DNA of 46,189 bases from Mycobacterium sp. (GTDB lineage: Bacteria > Actinomycetota > Actinomycetes > Mycobacteriales > Mycobacteriaceae): NCBI GenBank assembly GCA_039922455.1, contig JBDTEP010000122.1, positions 1 to 46,189 on the forward strand, written 5' to 3'. The stretch's first letter is position 1. Every line of letters begins with the position of its first letter. Of the stretch, positions 32,746 through 43,788 are shown one piece after another. Both the position numbers and the translations under genes were made by a program. The notes beneath the pieces were generated by a model. It saw only the letters and a list, made by a program, of their open reading frames with translations. It made no database searches and was not told the origin of the DNA.

Positions 32746-33570
32746 ATGAAGGTTGCCGAACGGGTCGCGATAGTCACCGGCGGCGGAGGCGGTATCGGTG
32801 GTGCACTGGCGGCGGCACTCGCACGGGCCGGGGCCAGGGTGGTGGTAGCTGACCTCGACGCGGGCGCCGCGGCGGCGGGTGCCGACCAGATCAACACCGA
32901 GCAGCCGGGCGCCGCGGTCGGTTGTGGCGGCGACGTCTCCGACATCGAGGTGATCCGGGAGCTGATCGCGCTGGCCGAGGGCCACTACGGGCCGGTCGAG
33001 ATGTATTTCGCCAACGCCGGCATCACCGGTGCCCCCGGCCTCGACGCCGGAGAAGCCGATTGGGACCAGGCGATCGACATCAATCTGCGCGCCCACATCC
33101 GGGCCGCACAGCTGTTGGTTCCCGGCTGGGTGCAGCGCGGCGAGGGTTATTTCGTTTCCACCGCGTCGGCGGCCGGTCTGCTCACCCAACTCGGCGGCGC
33201 CGCCTACGCAGTCACCAAACACGCCGCGGTCGGATTCGCCGAGTGGCTCAACGTAACCTACGGCGACCAGGGCGTGCGGGTCAGCTGTCTGTGCCCGATG
33301 GGCGTCAACACCAAGTTGCTGTACGCCGGTGCTCAATCCGGCGACCCGCTGGGTGATCTCGCCACCCGGGCGGTCACCGTGGCCGGCGAGGTGCTCGAAC
33401 CCGCGGCTGTCGCCGAAGTGGTGCTGGCCGCCGTCGACGATGAACGCTTCCTGATCCTGCCGCACCCGGCCGTACTGGAGATGTACCGGCACAAGGCAGC
33501 CGACTACGACCGCTGGCTGCGCGGCATGCGCCGTTACCAGCACGGCCTGCTCAACCCTGAAGTGTCCTAA
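32746..33570 (+). CDS. Short-chain dehydrogenase/reductase
   Basis: [17 protein letters not shown]. Confidence 0.92.
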   Translation: MKVAERVAIVTGGGGGIGGALAAALARAGARVVVADLDAGAAAAGADQINTEQPGAAVGCGGDVSDIEVIRELIALAEGHYGPVEMYFANAGITGAPGLDAGEADWDQAIDINLRAHIRAAQLLVPGWVQRGEGYFVSTASAAGLLTQLGGAAYAVTKHAAVGFAEWLNVTYGDQGVRVSCLCPMGVNTKLLYAGAQSGDPLGDLATRAVTVAGEVLEPAAVAEVVLAAVDDERFLILPHPAVLEMYRHKAADYDRWLRGMRRYQHGLLNPEVS

Positions 33571-33589
33571 CCCCCGACAAGGAGTGCCA

Positions 33590-34831
33590 ATGTCCCTGTT
33601 TGAAACATCCGAGCGTGCCAACAAGATTCGGGCGGACCTGCTGGAGTTCATGGACAGCTGCGTCTACCCGGCCGAACCGGTCTACGAGGCGCAGATGGCC
33701 GACTCGGGCAACCCGCACTTCCAGCCGCCGATCCTCGAGGAACTCAAGGTTCAGGCCCGAAACCGTGGCCTGTGGAACCTATTCCACCCGCACCCGGAGT
33801 GGGGTCCGGGCCTGACGAACCTGGAATACGCGCCGCTGGCCGAAATCATGGGTCACAGCCCGCAACTCGCCCCGGAAGCAACCAACTGCAGCGCCCCAGA
33901 CACCGGCAACATGGAGGTGTTCACGCTGTTCGGCAGCGACGAACACAAGGAGAAATACCTCAAACCACTGCTGGAGGGCACAATCCGCTCGGCGTTCGCA
34001 ATGACCGAACCGCAGGTGGCGTCCTCGGATGCCACCAATGTTCAACTGTCCATGGTCAAGGACGGCGCAACCGGCGACTATCTCCTCAACGGCCGGAAAT
34101 GGTTCGCGTCCAACGCATTGCACCAGAACTGCAAAGTGATGATCGTGATGGGCAAGACCGACCCCGACGCCGCCCCCCACCGGCAGCAGTCGATGATGGT
34201 GGTCCCCATCGACGCACCGGGTGTCACCATCATGCGCGGGCTGCCGGTCTTCGGCTACCAGGACCGCGAAGGTCACGCCGAGATCGACTTCAACGATGTC
34301 CGGGTTCCGGCCAAGGATGTCCTCAAGGGTGAGGGGGAGGGCTTCGCGATCGCCCAGGCCCGGCTCGGCCCCGGCCGCATCCATCACTGCATGCGCTGCA
34401 TCGGAATGGCCGAGCGCGCCCTGGAACTGATGTGCCGGCGGGCTGACTCCCGGATCGCCTTCGGTAAACCGATCAGTGCGAACGCCAACATCCGGGACTG
34501 GGTCGCCGAGGCGCGCATCGACATCGAGATGATCCGGTTGCTCACCCTCAAGACCGCCTATCTGATGGACACCGTCGGCAACAAGGCGGCACAGACCGAG
34601 ATCGCGGCGATCAAGGTCGCCGCACCCAACATTGCGCTCAAGATCGTCGACCGGGCCATCCAGGTGCACGGCGCCGGCGGCGTCACCGACGACTTCCCGC
34701 TGGCGATGGCGTGGGCGCACCTGCGCACGTTGCGGCTCGCCGACGGTCCCGACGAGGTGCACAAACGCGCGATCGCCCGCCAGGAGTTCGCCAAGTACCG
34801 CGACGCCACCGACGGCAAGGCCGCGCGATGA
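33590..34831 (+). CDS. Acyl-CoA dehydrogenase, ACAD10/11-LvaC (FadE2-like) type
   Basis: [47 protein letters not shown]. Confidence 0.92.
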   Translation: MSLFETSERANKIRADLLEFMDSCVYPAEPVYEAQMADSGNPHFQPPILEELKVQARNRGLWNLFHPHPEWGPGLTNLEYAPLAEIMGHSPQLAPEATNCSAPDTGNMEVFTLFGSDEHKEKYLKPLLEGTIRSAFAMTEPQVASSDATNVQLSMVKDGATGDYLLNGRKWFASNALHQNCKVMIVMGKTDPDAAPHRQQSMMVVPIDAPGVTIMRGLPVFGYQDREGHAEIDFNDVRVPAKDVLKGEGEGFAIAQARLGPGRIHHCMRCIGMAERALELMCRRADSRIAFGKPISANANIRDWVAEARIDIEMIRLLTLKTAYLMDTVGNKAAQTEIAAIKVAAPNIALKIVDRAIQVHGAGGVTDDFPLAMAWAHLRTLRLADGPDEVHKRAIARQEFAKYRDATDGKAAR

Positions 34832-35598
34832 GCGGGCTGAGCGGGCGCACCGCGATCATCACCGGCGGGTCCCGGGGCATCGGGCTGGCGATCGGGCAGC
34901 GACTGGCCGATGCGGGCGCCAACGTGGTTCTCACCTCGCGCGATCAAGCCAGTGCCGACGCCGCAGCGGCTCAGGTCAACGGCAATGTGCTCGGGGTAGC
35001 TGCCCATGTTGCCGAAGACGATGCCGCGCAGCGTTGCATCGAGACCACCCTGGAACGCTTCGGCAGCATCGACATCCTGGTCAACAACGCCGGCACCAAT
35101 CCCGCTTTCGGCCCGCTGATCGACCAGAGTCACGCCCAGTTCGCCAAGATCTTCGACGTCAACCTGTGGGGGCCGCTGCTGTGGACGTCACTGGCGGTCA
35201 AGGCGTGGATGGGCGAGCACGGCGGTGCGGTGGTCAACACGGCCTCGATAGGGGGGATGAGTTTCGCCCCGTTGATGGGCATGTACAACGCCACCAAGGC
35301 CGCGCTGATCCACGTCACCAAGCAGCTTGCGCTGGAACTCTCACCCGGGGTGCGGGTCAACGCCATCTGCCCGGGCGTGGTGCGCACCAAGATGGCTGAG
35401 GTGCTCTGGAAGGAGCACGAGCAGACGTTGTCTATGACGACGCCGCTAGGCCGCATCGGCGAGCCCGTCGACGTAGCCGACGCGGTCGCCTTCCTGGTTT
35501 CGGATGCGGCGAGTTGGATCACCGGCCAGACCCTGGTGATCGACGGCGGCCAAATCCTCGGTGACGCATCGTCATTCCGGTCCGGCGCCGATGGCTGA
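34828..35598 (+). CDS. Short-chain dehydrogenase/reductase (Rv2766c-like)
   Basis: [25 protein letters not shown]; ATGA coupling. Confidence 0.92.
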   Translation: MSGLSGRTAIITGGSRGIGLAIGQRLADAGANVVLTSRDQASADAAAAQVNGNVLGVAAHVAEDDAAQRCIETTLERFGSIDILVNNAGTNPAFGPLIDQSHAQFAKIFDVNLWGPLLWTSLAVKAWMGEHGGAVVNTASIGGMSFAPLMGMYNATKAALIHVTKQLALELSPGVRVNAICPGVVRTKMAEVLWKEHEQTLSMTTPLGRIGEPVDVADAVAFLVSDAASWITGQTLVIDGGQILGDASSFRSGADG

Positions 35599-36616
35599 GG
35601 TGCTCGGCGTCGACCCGGCAATGGTCGCGCGCTGGATTGCACAACTGGGTATTCCGGTTACCCGACCGCTGCGTTTTGAGCGGATCGGGATAGGTCAGTC
35701 GAACCTGACCTACCTGGCGTCCGACGCCGCCGACCACCGGTGGGTGCTACGCCGCCCGCCGCTGGGCCAGTTGCTGGCGTCGGCGCACGATGTCGCCCGC
35801 GAGGCGCGGATTCTCGCTGCCCTGCAGGACACCGATGTGCCCACCCCGCGGGTATACGGGCTCACCCGGGACACCCACGATGTCCCGCTGCTGTTGATGG
35901 AGTACGTCGACGGGGTGGTGGTGGACCGGATGTCGGTGGCCGAGTCGCTGACACCGCAGCGACGCCGCCAGATCGGGCTGTCGATGCCCGCGACGCTGGC
36001 CAAGATCCACGCCGTCGACATCGACGCGGTCGGGCTGACCGACCTGGCCAGCCACAAGCCGTACGCCCAACGGCAGCTCAAGCGGTGGGCCGGACAATGG
36101 GAGCTGTCCAAAACCCGCGAGCTGCCCGAACTCGACGACCTGACCCGGCGGCTGGTCGCCGCGGCGCCGCCGCAGCAGGAGTTGACGCTGGTGCATGGCG
36201 ACTTCCACATCCGCAACGTGATCACCTCGCGGGCCGGCGGGGCGGTGACCGCGGTGCTGGACTGGGAACTGTCCACCCTCGGGGACCCGCTGGCCGACAT
36301 GGGCAGCTTGCTGGCGTACTGGCCGCAGCCCGGCGAAGAGCACATCGCCGGCGAATTCGTCGTCACCACACTGGACGGATTCCCGGACCGGGCGGAGCTG
36401 GCCCGGGTCTATCTGGAACAGACCGGACGCGACGCGGCGACATTGCAGTACTGGCATGCACTGGGGCTGTGGAAGGTGGCGATCATCGCCGAGGGCATTG
36501 TGCGACGGGTCCTCGAGAACCCGGAGAACAAGGCCGCTGCCGGCACCCCGATCACCGCGTGGATCGACGCGCTGGTGGTTAAGGCCCGCGAGGTGGCTTC
36601 AGCAGCGGGAATCTGA
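35591..36616 (+). CDS. APH-family phosphotransferase (ACAD10/11 N-domain, LvaA-like)
   Basis: [42 protein letters not shown]. Confidence 0.9.
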   Translation: MAEVLGVDPAMVARWIAQLGIPVTRPLRFERIGIGQSNLTYLASDAADHRWVLRRPPLGQLLASAHDVAREARILAALQDTDVPTPRVYGLTRDTHDVPLLLMEYVDGVVVDRMSVAESLTPQRRRQIGLSMPATLAKIHAVDIDAVGLTDLASHKPYAQRQLKRWAGQWELSKTRELPELDDLTRRLVAAAPPQQELTLVHGDFHIRNVITSRAGGAVTAVLDWELSTLGDPLADMGSLLAYWPQPGEEHIAGEFVVTTLDGFPDRAELARVYLEQTGRDAATLQYWHALGLWKVAIIAEGIVRRVLENPENKAAAGTPITAWIDALVVKAREVASAAGI

Positions 36617-36633
36617 ACCGACGGGAGACGACG

Positions 36634-37815
36634 ATGAATCCAGAAGAGCTCAGCGCACGGGTACAGCAACTGGTCGCAGACCACCCGCCGGCCACCATCG
36701 GTCCACGGGAGTTCCTCGGGGCGCGGTTCGATGCTGGGCTGGCCTGGGTGCACTTCCCGCCGGACTGCGGTGGCTTGAGCTTGCCGCTACATTTGCAGCA
36801 GCACGTTGACACCGAGCTGGCGGCTGCCGGCGCCCCGCCGGCGGACACCGGGCTCAACGGCATCGGATTGGGCATGGCGGCGCCGACGATTGCCGCGTTC
36901 GGCACCGCTGAGCAGAAGCGAAAGTTTCTGCGGCCCTTGTTCACCAGTGAAGACATCTACTGTCAGCTGTTCAGCGAGCCGGGTGCCGGATCGGACCTGG
37001 CCGGGGTGGCCACCCGCGCGGTGCGCGACGGTGACGACTGGATCGTCAACGGACAGAAGGTGTGGACCTCAAGTGCACACCACGCCAAGCTGGCGCTGCT
37101 GGTGGCACGCACAGATCCGGCGGTACCCAAACACCAGGGCTTGACGTATTTCCTCGTCGACATGACTGTTGCGGGCGTCGACGTCCGGCCGCTGCGTCAG
37201 ATCACCGGCGAGGCCGAGTTCAACGAGGTATTCCTCACCGACGTGCGGGTCCCCGACGCCAACCGGCTCGGCGCCGAAGGCGACGGCTGGAAGGTGGCGA
37301 CCACCACCCTCAACAGCGAGCGGCTCGCGATCGGTTCGATACTCGGAGCCGAGCGCGAAGGGCCCATCGTCGGGAAGGTCGCCGACGCGTGGCGAAGCGA
37401 GCCGACGCTGCGCAACCCGGCGATGCACGACGAGTTGATGCGGCTGTGGGTGGACGCGGAAGTGGCCCGGCTCGCCGGCGAGCGGCTGCGACAGCAGCTG
37501 AGCATCGGCCAGCTCGGCCCGGAGGGCGCCGGGCTGAAAATCACGTTCGCCCGGCTGGCTCAAGCGATCTCCGGATTCGACGTCGAACTGCACGCCGAAT
37601 CTGGGCTGCGCTACGACGACTGGACCATGCGCAGAACCGAGCGGGTCGACTTCACCGCACGGGGACCCGGCTATCGCTACCTGCGTGCGAAGGGAACCTC
37701 GATCGAGGGCGGCACCTCGGAGATCCTGCGTAACACCATCGCCGAGCGGATTCTGGGTCTGCCCGGGGAACATCGCGTCGACAAGGATGTCGCCTGGAAG
37801 GACCTGAACAAGTGA
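36634..37815 (+). CDS. Acyl-CoA dehydrogenase (catalytic subunit of a probable heteromeric pair)
   Basis: CQLFSEPGAGSDLA, NGQKVWTS, FNEVF, SIEGGTSEILRN. Confidence 0.92.
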   Translation: MNPEELSARVQQLVADHPPATIGPREFLGARFDAGLAWVHFPPDCGGLSLPLHLQQHVDTELAAAGAPPADTGLNGIGLGMAAPTIAAFGTAEQKRKFLRPLFTSEDIYCQLFSEPGAGSDLAGVATRAVRDGDDWIVNGQKVWTSSAHHAKLALLVARTDPAVPKHQGLTYFLVDMTVAGVDVRPLRQITGEAEFNEVFLTDVRVPDANRLGAEGDGWKVATTTLNSERLAIGSILGAEREGPIVGKVADAWRSEPTLRNPAMHDELMRLWVDAEVARLAGERLRQQLSIGQLGPEGAGLKITFARLAQAISGFDVELHAESGLRYDDWTMRRTERVDFTARGPGYRYLRAKGTSIEGGTSEILRNTIAERILGLPGEHRVDKDVAWKDLNK

Positions 37816-38912
37816 GTGACCTGCTGTACTCCGACACCGAGGAAGCTCTGCGTGCCAGCGTACGGCGGCTGCTCGCCGAGAAATGCCCGCCGGAAGCGGT
37901 TGCCGGCCGGTACGACCCGGATCCGCCGGACTTCTCCGGTGTTTGGCGAACGCTGGCTGTCGATTTGGGGGTGGCCGGACTGCTGGTTCCCGAACATCTC
38001 GGTGGTGCCGGGGCGGGTGCTCGTGAGGCAGCGGTGGTGTGCGAGGAGATCGGCCGGGCCGTTGCGCCGGTGCCGTTTTTGTCCAGTGCTGTGCTGTCGA
38101 CGGTGGCGCTGCTGGCGGCCGGTGACACCGATACCGTTGCGGCGCTTGCCAGTGGGGAGGTGACCGCGGCACTGGCGGTGCCGCTGACCACCGCGCCCGG
38201 CGACCCGATAGCCGGGGTCAGTGCCGGTGCTGACAGGCTGACCGGCACGGTGACCAGCGTTGCGGATGCGGGCGCCGCCGACTTGCTGGTGGTGCCGGTT
38301 TTCGGATCGGATGGCCTTGAGCTACACGTTGTTTCGCCAACGACAGCCGAGGTCGAGATCACGCCGGTCTTGACCCTCGACATGACCAGACCGCTGGCCG
38401 ACGTCCGGTTCTCCGGTGCGGCGTCGCAGCGGGTGGACACCGCCGGGTCCGCTGCGGCGGCGCTGGAGGCCGCGCTGCAGACTGGTGCGGCGTTGCTGGC
38501 CAGCGAGCAGCTCGGGATTGCGCAGTGGTGTTTCGAGACCACTCTGGCTTATGTGAAGGGCCGCAAGCAGTTCAGTCGGGCAATTGGCTCCTACCAGGCG
38601 ATCAAGCATCGTGTCGTGGAGATGTGGCTGCAGGTAGGTAACGCGGGCGCGGCAGCCCGCTACGCCGCCGACACCTGTGCCCGCGGCGATGCAGACGCCC
38701 CCATTGCCGCGGCCGTCGCGGCCGCCTACTGCGGTGACGCCGCGGTGCGCGTCGCCGAGGAATGCATCCAGCTCCACGGCGGCATCGGGATGACCTGGGA
38801 GTATCCGGCGCACCTGTATCTGAAGCGGGCCAAAAGCGACCAACTGGCGCTGGGCACCGGGTATCGGCACCGGGCCCGCCTCGCGGAGTTGATCAACCTG
38901 CCGGTCGCCTGA
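37812..38912 (+). CDS. Acyl-CoA dehydrogenase (partner subunit)
   Basis: RKQFSRAIGSYQAIKH, QLHGGIGMTWE; no EGT/GGT-type catalytic motif at the C-terminus; GTGA coupling. Confidence 0.9.
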   Translation: MSDLLYSDTEEALRASVRRLLAEKCPPEAVAGRYDPDPPDFSGVWRTLAVDLGVAGLLVPEHLGGAGAGAREAAVVCEEIGRAVAPVPFLSSAVLSTVALLAAGDTDTVAALASGEVTAALAVPLTTAPGDPIAGVSAGADRLTGTVTSVADAGAADLLVVPVFGSDGLELHVVSPTTAEVEITPVLTLDMTRPLADVRFSGAASQRVDTAGSAAAALEAALQTGAALLASEQLGIAQWCFETTLAYVKGRKQFSRAIGSYQAIKHRVVEMWLQVGNAGAAARYAADTCARGDADAPIAAAVAAAYCGDAAVRVAEECIQLHGGIGMTWEYPAHLYLKRAKSDQLALGTGYRHRARLAELINLPVA

Positions 38913-38915
38913 GCG

Positions 38916-40304
38916 ATGACCCTCACCCGCGACCCGGACCTCGTCGACGGCGTACCGCGCAGCCGGATAGCGGCCGCGTCGATGATCGGCACCACCATCG
39001 AGTTCTACGACTTCTATGTCTACGCGACCGCGGCGGTCACCGTCTTCCCGCACCTGTTCTTCCCGCAGGGCAACCCCACCACCGCGCTGTTGGCGTCCTT
39101 GGCCACCTTCGGCCTGGCGTTTGTGGCCCGGCCGCTGGGATCGATCCTGTTCGGGCATTTCGGTGACCGGATAGGGCGCAAAGCCACCCTGGTCGCTTCG
39201 TTGCTGACCATGGGTATCGCGACGTTCCTGATCGGAGTGCTGCCCACCTACCAGCAGGTTGGCCTGCTCGCGCCGGCGTTACTGGCCGTGCTGCGGTTCA
39301 GCCAGGGACTGGCACTGGGCGGGGAGTGGAGTGGTGCGGCGCTGCTGGCCACCGAGACCGCCAAGCCGGGCAAGCGGGCCTTTGCCGGGATGTGGCCGCA
39401 ACTGGGCGCACCGGTGGGCTTTCTGCTCGCCACCGCGACATTCCTGATCCTGCTCCGTTGGCCGGGGCAGCTCAACGCCGATTCGAATCTGTATGGAGCC
39501 TTTCTGACCTGGGGTTGGCGGATTCCGTTCCTGTTCAGCATCGTGATGGTCGGCGTCGGCCTGTACGTGCGGTTGCGGCTCACCGAGACCCCGGTCTTCG
39601 CCCGCGCGATCGCGGCCGATGAGCGGGTCAGCGCGCCGGTGGCCGAGGTGTTCCGCGGCAGCTGGCGGCAGCTCGTCATCGGCACCTTCGCGATGGTGGC
39701 GACCTACACGCTGTTCTACACCGTCACGACGTGGACGCTGAGTTACGGCACCGCCAAGCGTCCGCCGCACGGCACCGGCCTGGGGTACAGCTACCTCGAC
39801 TTCCTGTGGCTGCAGCTGATTGCGGTGCTGTTCCTGGCCGCCATGCTGCCGGTGGCGGCATTACTGGCAGACCGATTCGGCCGGCGTCCGGTGCTGCTGG
39901 TGTTCACCGCGGGAATCATGGCGTACGGAACCACCTTCGGTGCATTTTTGAAAGCGGGTACGTCGCCGGGCGCGATGCTGTGTTTCCTGATCATCGGGAT
40001 GACCTTGATGGGCTTGGCGTTCGGGCCGATGAGCGCGGTGCTGCCCGAACTCTTCCCGACCAATGTCCGCTATACCGGATCGGGGATCGCCTACAACGCG
40101 GCGAGCATTCTGGGTGCCGCGGTGGCGCCGTTCATCGCCACCTGGCTCGCCACCAGCCACGGCGTGGGTTGGGTGGGTGTCTACCTCTCGACTGCGGCAG
40201 CGGTGTCGTTCGTTGCGCTGTTGGTGATGCGCGAAACCCGTGACACCGCAATGGATGGCGGCAAGCTCGCCGATCACGTCGGGGATGCCTTACATCCCGG
40301 CTGA
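38916..40304 (+). CDS. MFS transporter, metabolite:H+ symporter (MHS) family
   Basis: GTTIEFYDF, GDRIGRK, QGLALGGEW, ELFPT..RYTG. Confidence 0.93.
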   Translation: MTLTRDPDLVDGVPRSRIAAASMIGTTIEFYDFYVYATAAVTVFPHLFFPQGNPTTALLASLATFGLAFVARPLGSILFGHFGDRIGRKATLVASLLTMGIATFLIGVLPTYQQVGLLAPALLAVLRFSQGLALGGEWSGAALLATETAKPGKRAFAGMWPQLGAPVGFLLATATFLILLRWPGQLNADSNLYGAFLTWGWRIPFLFSIVMVGVGLYVRLRLTETPVFARAIAADERVSAPVAEVFRGSWRQLVIGTFAMVATYTLFYTVTTWTLSYGTAKRPPHGTGLGYSYLDFLWLQLIAVLFLAAMLPVAALLADRFGRRPVLLVFTAGIMAYGTTFGAFLKAGTSPGAMLCFLIIGMTLMGLAFGPMSAVLPELFPTNVRYTGSGIAYNAASILGAAVAPFIATWLATSHGVGWVGVYLSTAAAVSFVALLVMRETRDTAMDGGKLADHVGDALHPG

Positions 40305-40320
40305 TCGCGGGCGGCGCTGC

Positions 40321-41061
40321 TCAGCCTGCCAACGCGGCCCCGAATACCTCCCGCATCGCGGCCCAGTGCCGGCTTGCGGCGTCGGTGTCATAGGGCGGAT
40401 TGTCCGGTACGGCGAACCCGTGTTCGGCGGGATAGAACTCGACGGTGTGCTTGACGCCGGCCGCTGTCAGCGCGTCATCGAGGGTCGCGGCGTGCTTCTT
40501 GGTGAACGAACCGTCGTTGCGGGCGCCGGCCACATACACCGTGGCGTGCATCTTCTCGGCCAGCAGGTGCGGACTGTCGGCGCCGTCGGTGACCAACCCG
40601 CCGCCGTGGAATGACGCCGCCGCGGCAACCCGATCCGGGACGCGCCCGGCCACCACCACCGAGGTTCGCCCGCCCATGCAGTAGCCGCACACCCCGTACC
40701 GGTCCCCGCGAACCTCGGGCCGGGTGGCCAGGTAGTCGAAGAACGCTTCGGCGTCGGCCGCCATCCGATCCGGAGTGACGCTGCGCAGCATCGACATGAT
40801 GCGGCCCCGCTCCTTGGCGTCGCTGAACGCCGTGGCCATGTCGAACGGCGCCCAGCCCGGATTCCGGTAGTACACGTCGGGTAGCAGCACGGCGTAGCCG
40901 TAACCGGCCAGCTCGGCGGCCATGCCGGCGAATGTCTCGCGCACCCCGCCGGCGTCGGGATACATCACCACCCCGGGCCAGGGACCCGGGCCGTCAGGGG
41001 TGAACAGCTGCGCGGGGCAGGAGCCGTCGGGGGTGGCGATGGTGTCAGCGTGGCTGGGCAT
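40321..41061 (-). CDS. Dienelactone hydrolase-family protein (Rv2765-like)
   Basis: GYCMGG nucleophile motif, SFHGG, EHGF. Confidence 0.9.
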   Translation of the reverse strand: MPSHADTIATPDGSCPAQLFTPDGPGPWPGVVMYPDAGGVRETFAGMAAELAGYGYAVLLPDVYYRNPGWAPFDMATAFSDAKERGRIMSMLRSVTPDRMAADAEAFFDYLATRPEVRGDRYGVCGYCMGGRTSVVVAGRVPDRVAAAASFHGGGLVTDGADSPHLLAEKMHATVYVAGARNDGSFTKKHAATLDDALTAAGVKHTVEFYPAEHGFAVPDNPPYDTDAASRHWAAMREVFGAALAG

Positions 41062-41099
41062 GGCTTCCGTTCTACTCCGGTGTGCGGCTGATTCATGAC

Positions 41100-41140
41100 G
41101 GCGACCCGCCGCGCCCGGCTTCGCCGCGCTTGCGATCGCC
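41100..41140. repeat. Mycobacterial intergenic palindromic (REP/MIRU-like) element
   Basis: GGCGACCCGCCGCGCCCGGCTTCGCCGCGCTTGCGATCGCC with complementary GGCGA/TCGCC ends; resembles a dispersed mycobacterial repeat (from memory). Confidence 0.5.
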
Positions 41141-41155
41141 GCTAGGCTGGGCGAC

Positions 41156-41956
41156 GTGCCGATCGCCACCCCCTACGAGGATCTGCTGGCCCTGGTGCTC
41201 GAGCGCGGAACCCCGAAGGCCGATCGAACAGGCACCGGTACCCGCAGCCTGTTCGGCCACCAGCTGCGCTACGACCTCTCTGCCGGCTTCCCGCTGATCA
41301 CCACCAAGAAGGTGCACGTCAAGTCGGTGATCTATGAGCTGCTGTGGTTTCTGCGCGGCGATTCCAACATCGACTGGCTGAACCAACACGGCGTCACCAT
41401 CTGGAATGAATGGGCTTCCGAGAGCGGTGATCTCGGGCCGGTCTACGGCGTGCAGTGGCGGTCGTGGCCGACCCCGTCCGGTGAGCACATCGACCAGATC
41501 TCCAGTGCGGTGGAGTTGTTGCGGACCGACCCGGATTCGCGCCGCATCATCGTCTCGGCGTGGAACGTCGGCGAGATTCCCCAGATGGCGTTGGCACCGT
41601 GCCACGCGCTGTTTCAGTTCTATGTCGCCGACGGGCGGCTGTCCTGCCAGCTTTATCAGCGCAGCGCCGACCTGTTCCTCGGGGTGCCGTTCAACATCGC
41701 CAGCTATGCGCTGCTCACCCACATGATGGCCGCGCAGGCCGGGCTGGCCGTCGGGGAGTTCGTCTGGACCGGCGGGGATTGCCACATCTACGACAACCAC
41801 GTCGAGCAGGTGCGCCAACAGCTGTCCCGAGAAGCCCGCGCCTACCCACAACTGCTTTTGGCACAACGGGATTCGATCTTCGATTACACCTTCGACGACA
41901 TTGAGATCCGGGACTACAATCCGCACCCGGCGATCAAGGCGCCCGTCGCGGTATGA
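41156..41956 (+). CDS. thyA: Thymidylate synthase
   Basis: DRTGTGT, ELLWF, ALAPCH, YQRSAD..GVPFN; TAGGCT 7 nt before GTG. Confidence 0.98.
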   Translation: MPIATPYEDLLALVLERGTPKADRTGTGTRSLFGHQLRYDLSAGFPLITTKKVHVKSVIYELLWFLRGDSNIDWLNQHGVTIWNEWASESGDLGPVYGVQWRSWPTPSGEHIDQISSAVELLRTDPDSRRIIVSAWNVGEIPQMALAPCHALFQFYVADGRLSCQLYQRSADLFLGVPFNIASYALLTHMMAAQAGLAVGEFVWTGGDCHIYDNHVEQVRQQLSREARAYPQLLLAQRDSIFDYTFDDIEIRDYNPHPAIKAPVAV

Positions 41957-42453
41957 GGCGGCTCGGTCTGATCTGGGCTCAGTCGACGTCCGGAGTCATC
42001 GGGCGGGACGGCGGCATCCCGTGGCGACTGCCGGAAGACCAGGCGCGGTTCAAGGAGCTGACCATGGGACACCGGGTGGTGATGGGCAGGCTGACCTGGG
42101 AATCTCTGCCGGCGAGCGTGCGGCCACTGCCCGCGCGGACCAATGTGGTGGTGACCCGCCGGCCCGACTACCGGGCGGATGGCGCCGACGTGGTGGGGAC
42201 GCTGGAGGCGGCGCTGACCGATGCCGCGGCGCTGACCGATACTGAGGCCTGGGTGATCGGCGGCGCGCAGATCTACGCGCTGGCGCTGCCGAGCGCCGAC
42301 CGCTGCGAGGTCACCGAGATCGACATCGACCTGCCGCCCCGGGACGGGGATGCGACCGCGCCCGTACTCGACCACGGGTGGTCGGTGGTGAAGGGTCAGT
42401 GGCTCACCAGCGCAACGGGCCTGCGGTACCGCTTCTGTAGCTATCGTCGGTGA
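41953..42453 (+). CDS. dfrA: Dihydrofolate reductase
   Basis: [28 protein letters not shown]. Confidence 0.96.
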   Translation: MRRLGLIWAQSTSGVIGRDGGIPWRLPEDQARFKELTMGHRVVMGRLTWESLPASVRPLPARTNVVVTRRPDYRADGADVVGTLEAALTDAAALTDTEAWVIGGAQIYALALPSADRCEVTEIDIDLPPRDGDATAPVLDHGWSVVKGQWLTSATGLRYRFCSYRR

Positions 42454-43670
42454 CGGTGTCACTGACCTCAGCGCAGGCGCGCCGGATCGCCATTGCCGCA
42501 CAGGGATTCACCGAACCCAAGGCGCCTGGGCGGAATAGCGCAATCACCAGGGGTCACCTGAAGCGGCTGGTGTCCCGCATCCAAGTACTGCAACTGGACT
42601 CGGTATCGGTGGCGGTGCGCGCCCACTACGCCCCGGTGTTCAGCCGGCTGGGGCCCTATGACCGCACCGTGCTGGATGGCGCCGCGTGGAGTCACAGTGC
42701 CCGTTACCCGCGGCTGCTGGTCGAGTACTGGGCGCACGAGGCGGCGCTGATGGCCGTCGACGACTGGCCGTTGATGCGCTGGCGGATGCGGCAGTGGCCG
42801 CACGGCCGATGGGGTGCCCACATCGTGCGGGCCAATCCGCAGCTCGTCGAGGACGTCGCCGCCGCGGTCGCCGAACTCGGCCCGGCGACCGCCGGCCGGA
42901 TCGAGGCGCACCTGGCCGCCGCGTCGGGGCGGGCCGGCAAGGGCCCCTGGTGGAACCGCACCGACACCAAGTGGGTGGCCGAGGCGCTGTTCGCCGCCGG
43001 GGTACTGACCACCGCCACCCGGGTCGGGTTCGCCCGGCACTACGACCTGGTGGAGAATGTGCTGCCGCCGGCGGTGCTGCACCGGAAGGTCGACGACGAC
43101 GAGGCCATCCGCGAGTTGGTGTTGCGGGCTGCCGCCGCCCTGGGGGTGGGCACCGAGGCCGATATCCGCGACTACTTCCGGCTGTCTGCAGCCCAAACCA
43201 AGCCGGCGATCGTCCAACTCGTCGCAGCTGGGGAGCTGGAGCCGGTGCAGGTGGCCGGCTGGGGCGCCCCGGCGTATCTGCGCGCGGGACAGCCGATTCC
43301 ACGGTCTGACCGCGGCACCGCGCTGCTGTGTCCGTTCGATCCGCTGATCTTCTTTCGCCCCCGGGTGCAGCGGCTCTTCGATTTCCACTACCGCATCGAG
43401 ATCTACACCCCTGCGCAACAGCGTCAGTACGGCTACTACGTCTGGCCGCTGCTGTTGGATGGGGCGCTGGTAGCGCGGGTGGATCTCAAAGCCGACCGGC
43501 AGTGCGATGCCCTGCACGTCGTCGGGGCGTTCGCCGAGGAAGGCCATGACCGGCACCGAGTGGCTGCCGCGCTCTCGGGTGAGCTGGAATCCATGGCGGC
43601 CTGGCTGGGGTTGAGTCGGATCACCGTTGGGGAGCGGGGCGACTTGGTCGCACCGCTGAAGCGCCACTAG
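42450..43670 (+). CDS. YcaQ/AlkZ-family (HTH_42) winged-helix DNA glycosylase-like protein
   Basis: LQLDS (QxD), EYWAHEA, LCPFDPL, YRIEIY, YGYYV, RVDLK. Confidence 0.88.
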   Translation: MTVSLTSAQARRIAIAAQGFTEPKAPGRNSAITRGHLKRLVSRIQVLQLDSVSVAVRAHYAPVFSRLGPYDRTVLDGAAWSHSARYPRLLVEYWAHEAALMAVDDWPLMRWRMRQWPHGRWGAHIVRANPQLVEDVAAAVAELGPATAGRIEAHLAAASGRAGKGPWWNRTDTKWVAEALFAAGVLTTATRVGFARHYDLVENVLPPAVLHRKVDDDEAIRELVLRAAAALGVGTEADIRDYFRLSAAQTKPAIVQLVAAGELEPVQVAGWGAPAYLRAGQPIPRSDRGTALLCPFDPLIFFRPRVQRLFDFHYRIEIYTPAQQRQYGYYVWPLLLDGALVARVDLKADRQCDALHVVGAFAEEGHDRHRVAAALSGELESMAAWLGLSRITVGERGDLVAPLKRH

Positions 43671-43788
43671 CTGTGCGGAGCCGAACCACGGCTTCGGTAA
43701 TGTTATTGGTGGTTCTTCATTGATCGGTGACGCTGTCGACTGGCGCGCGGATCCACAAACCTGGTCGGCAACACGGGATGTGATCTGC

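Noticed and set aside
35591-36616. APH protein as an aminoglycoside resistance gene
   Set aside because: LRRPP/SAHD motifs and the operon context point to the ACAD10/11-associated kinase subfamily.
43671-43725. Short hairpin CCGAACC..CTTCGG with an AT-rich tract as a terminator or sRNA
   Set aside because: Stem is short and imperfect with no adjacent U-tract; not supportable.
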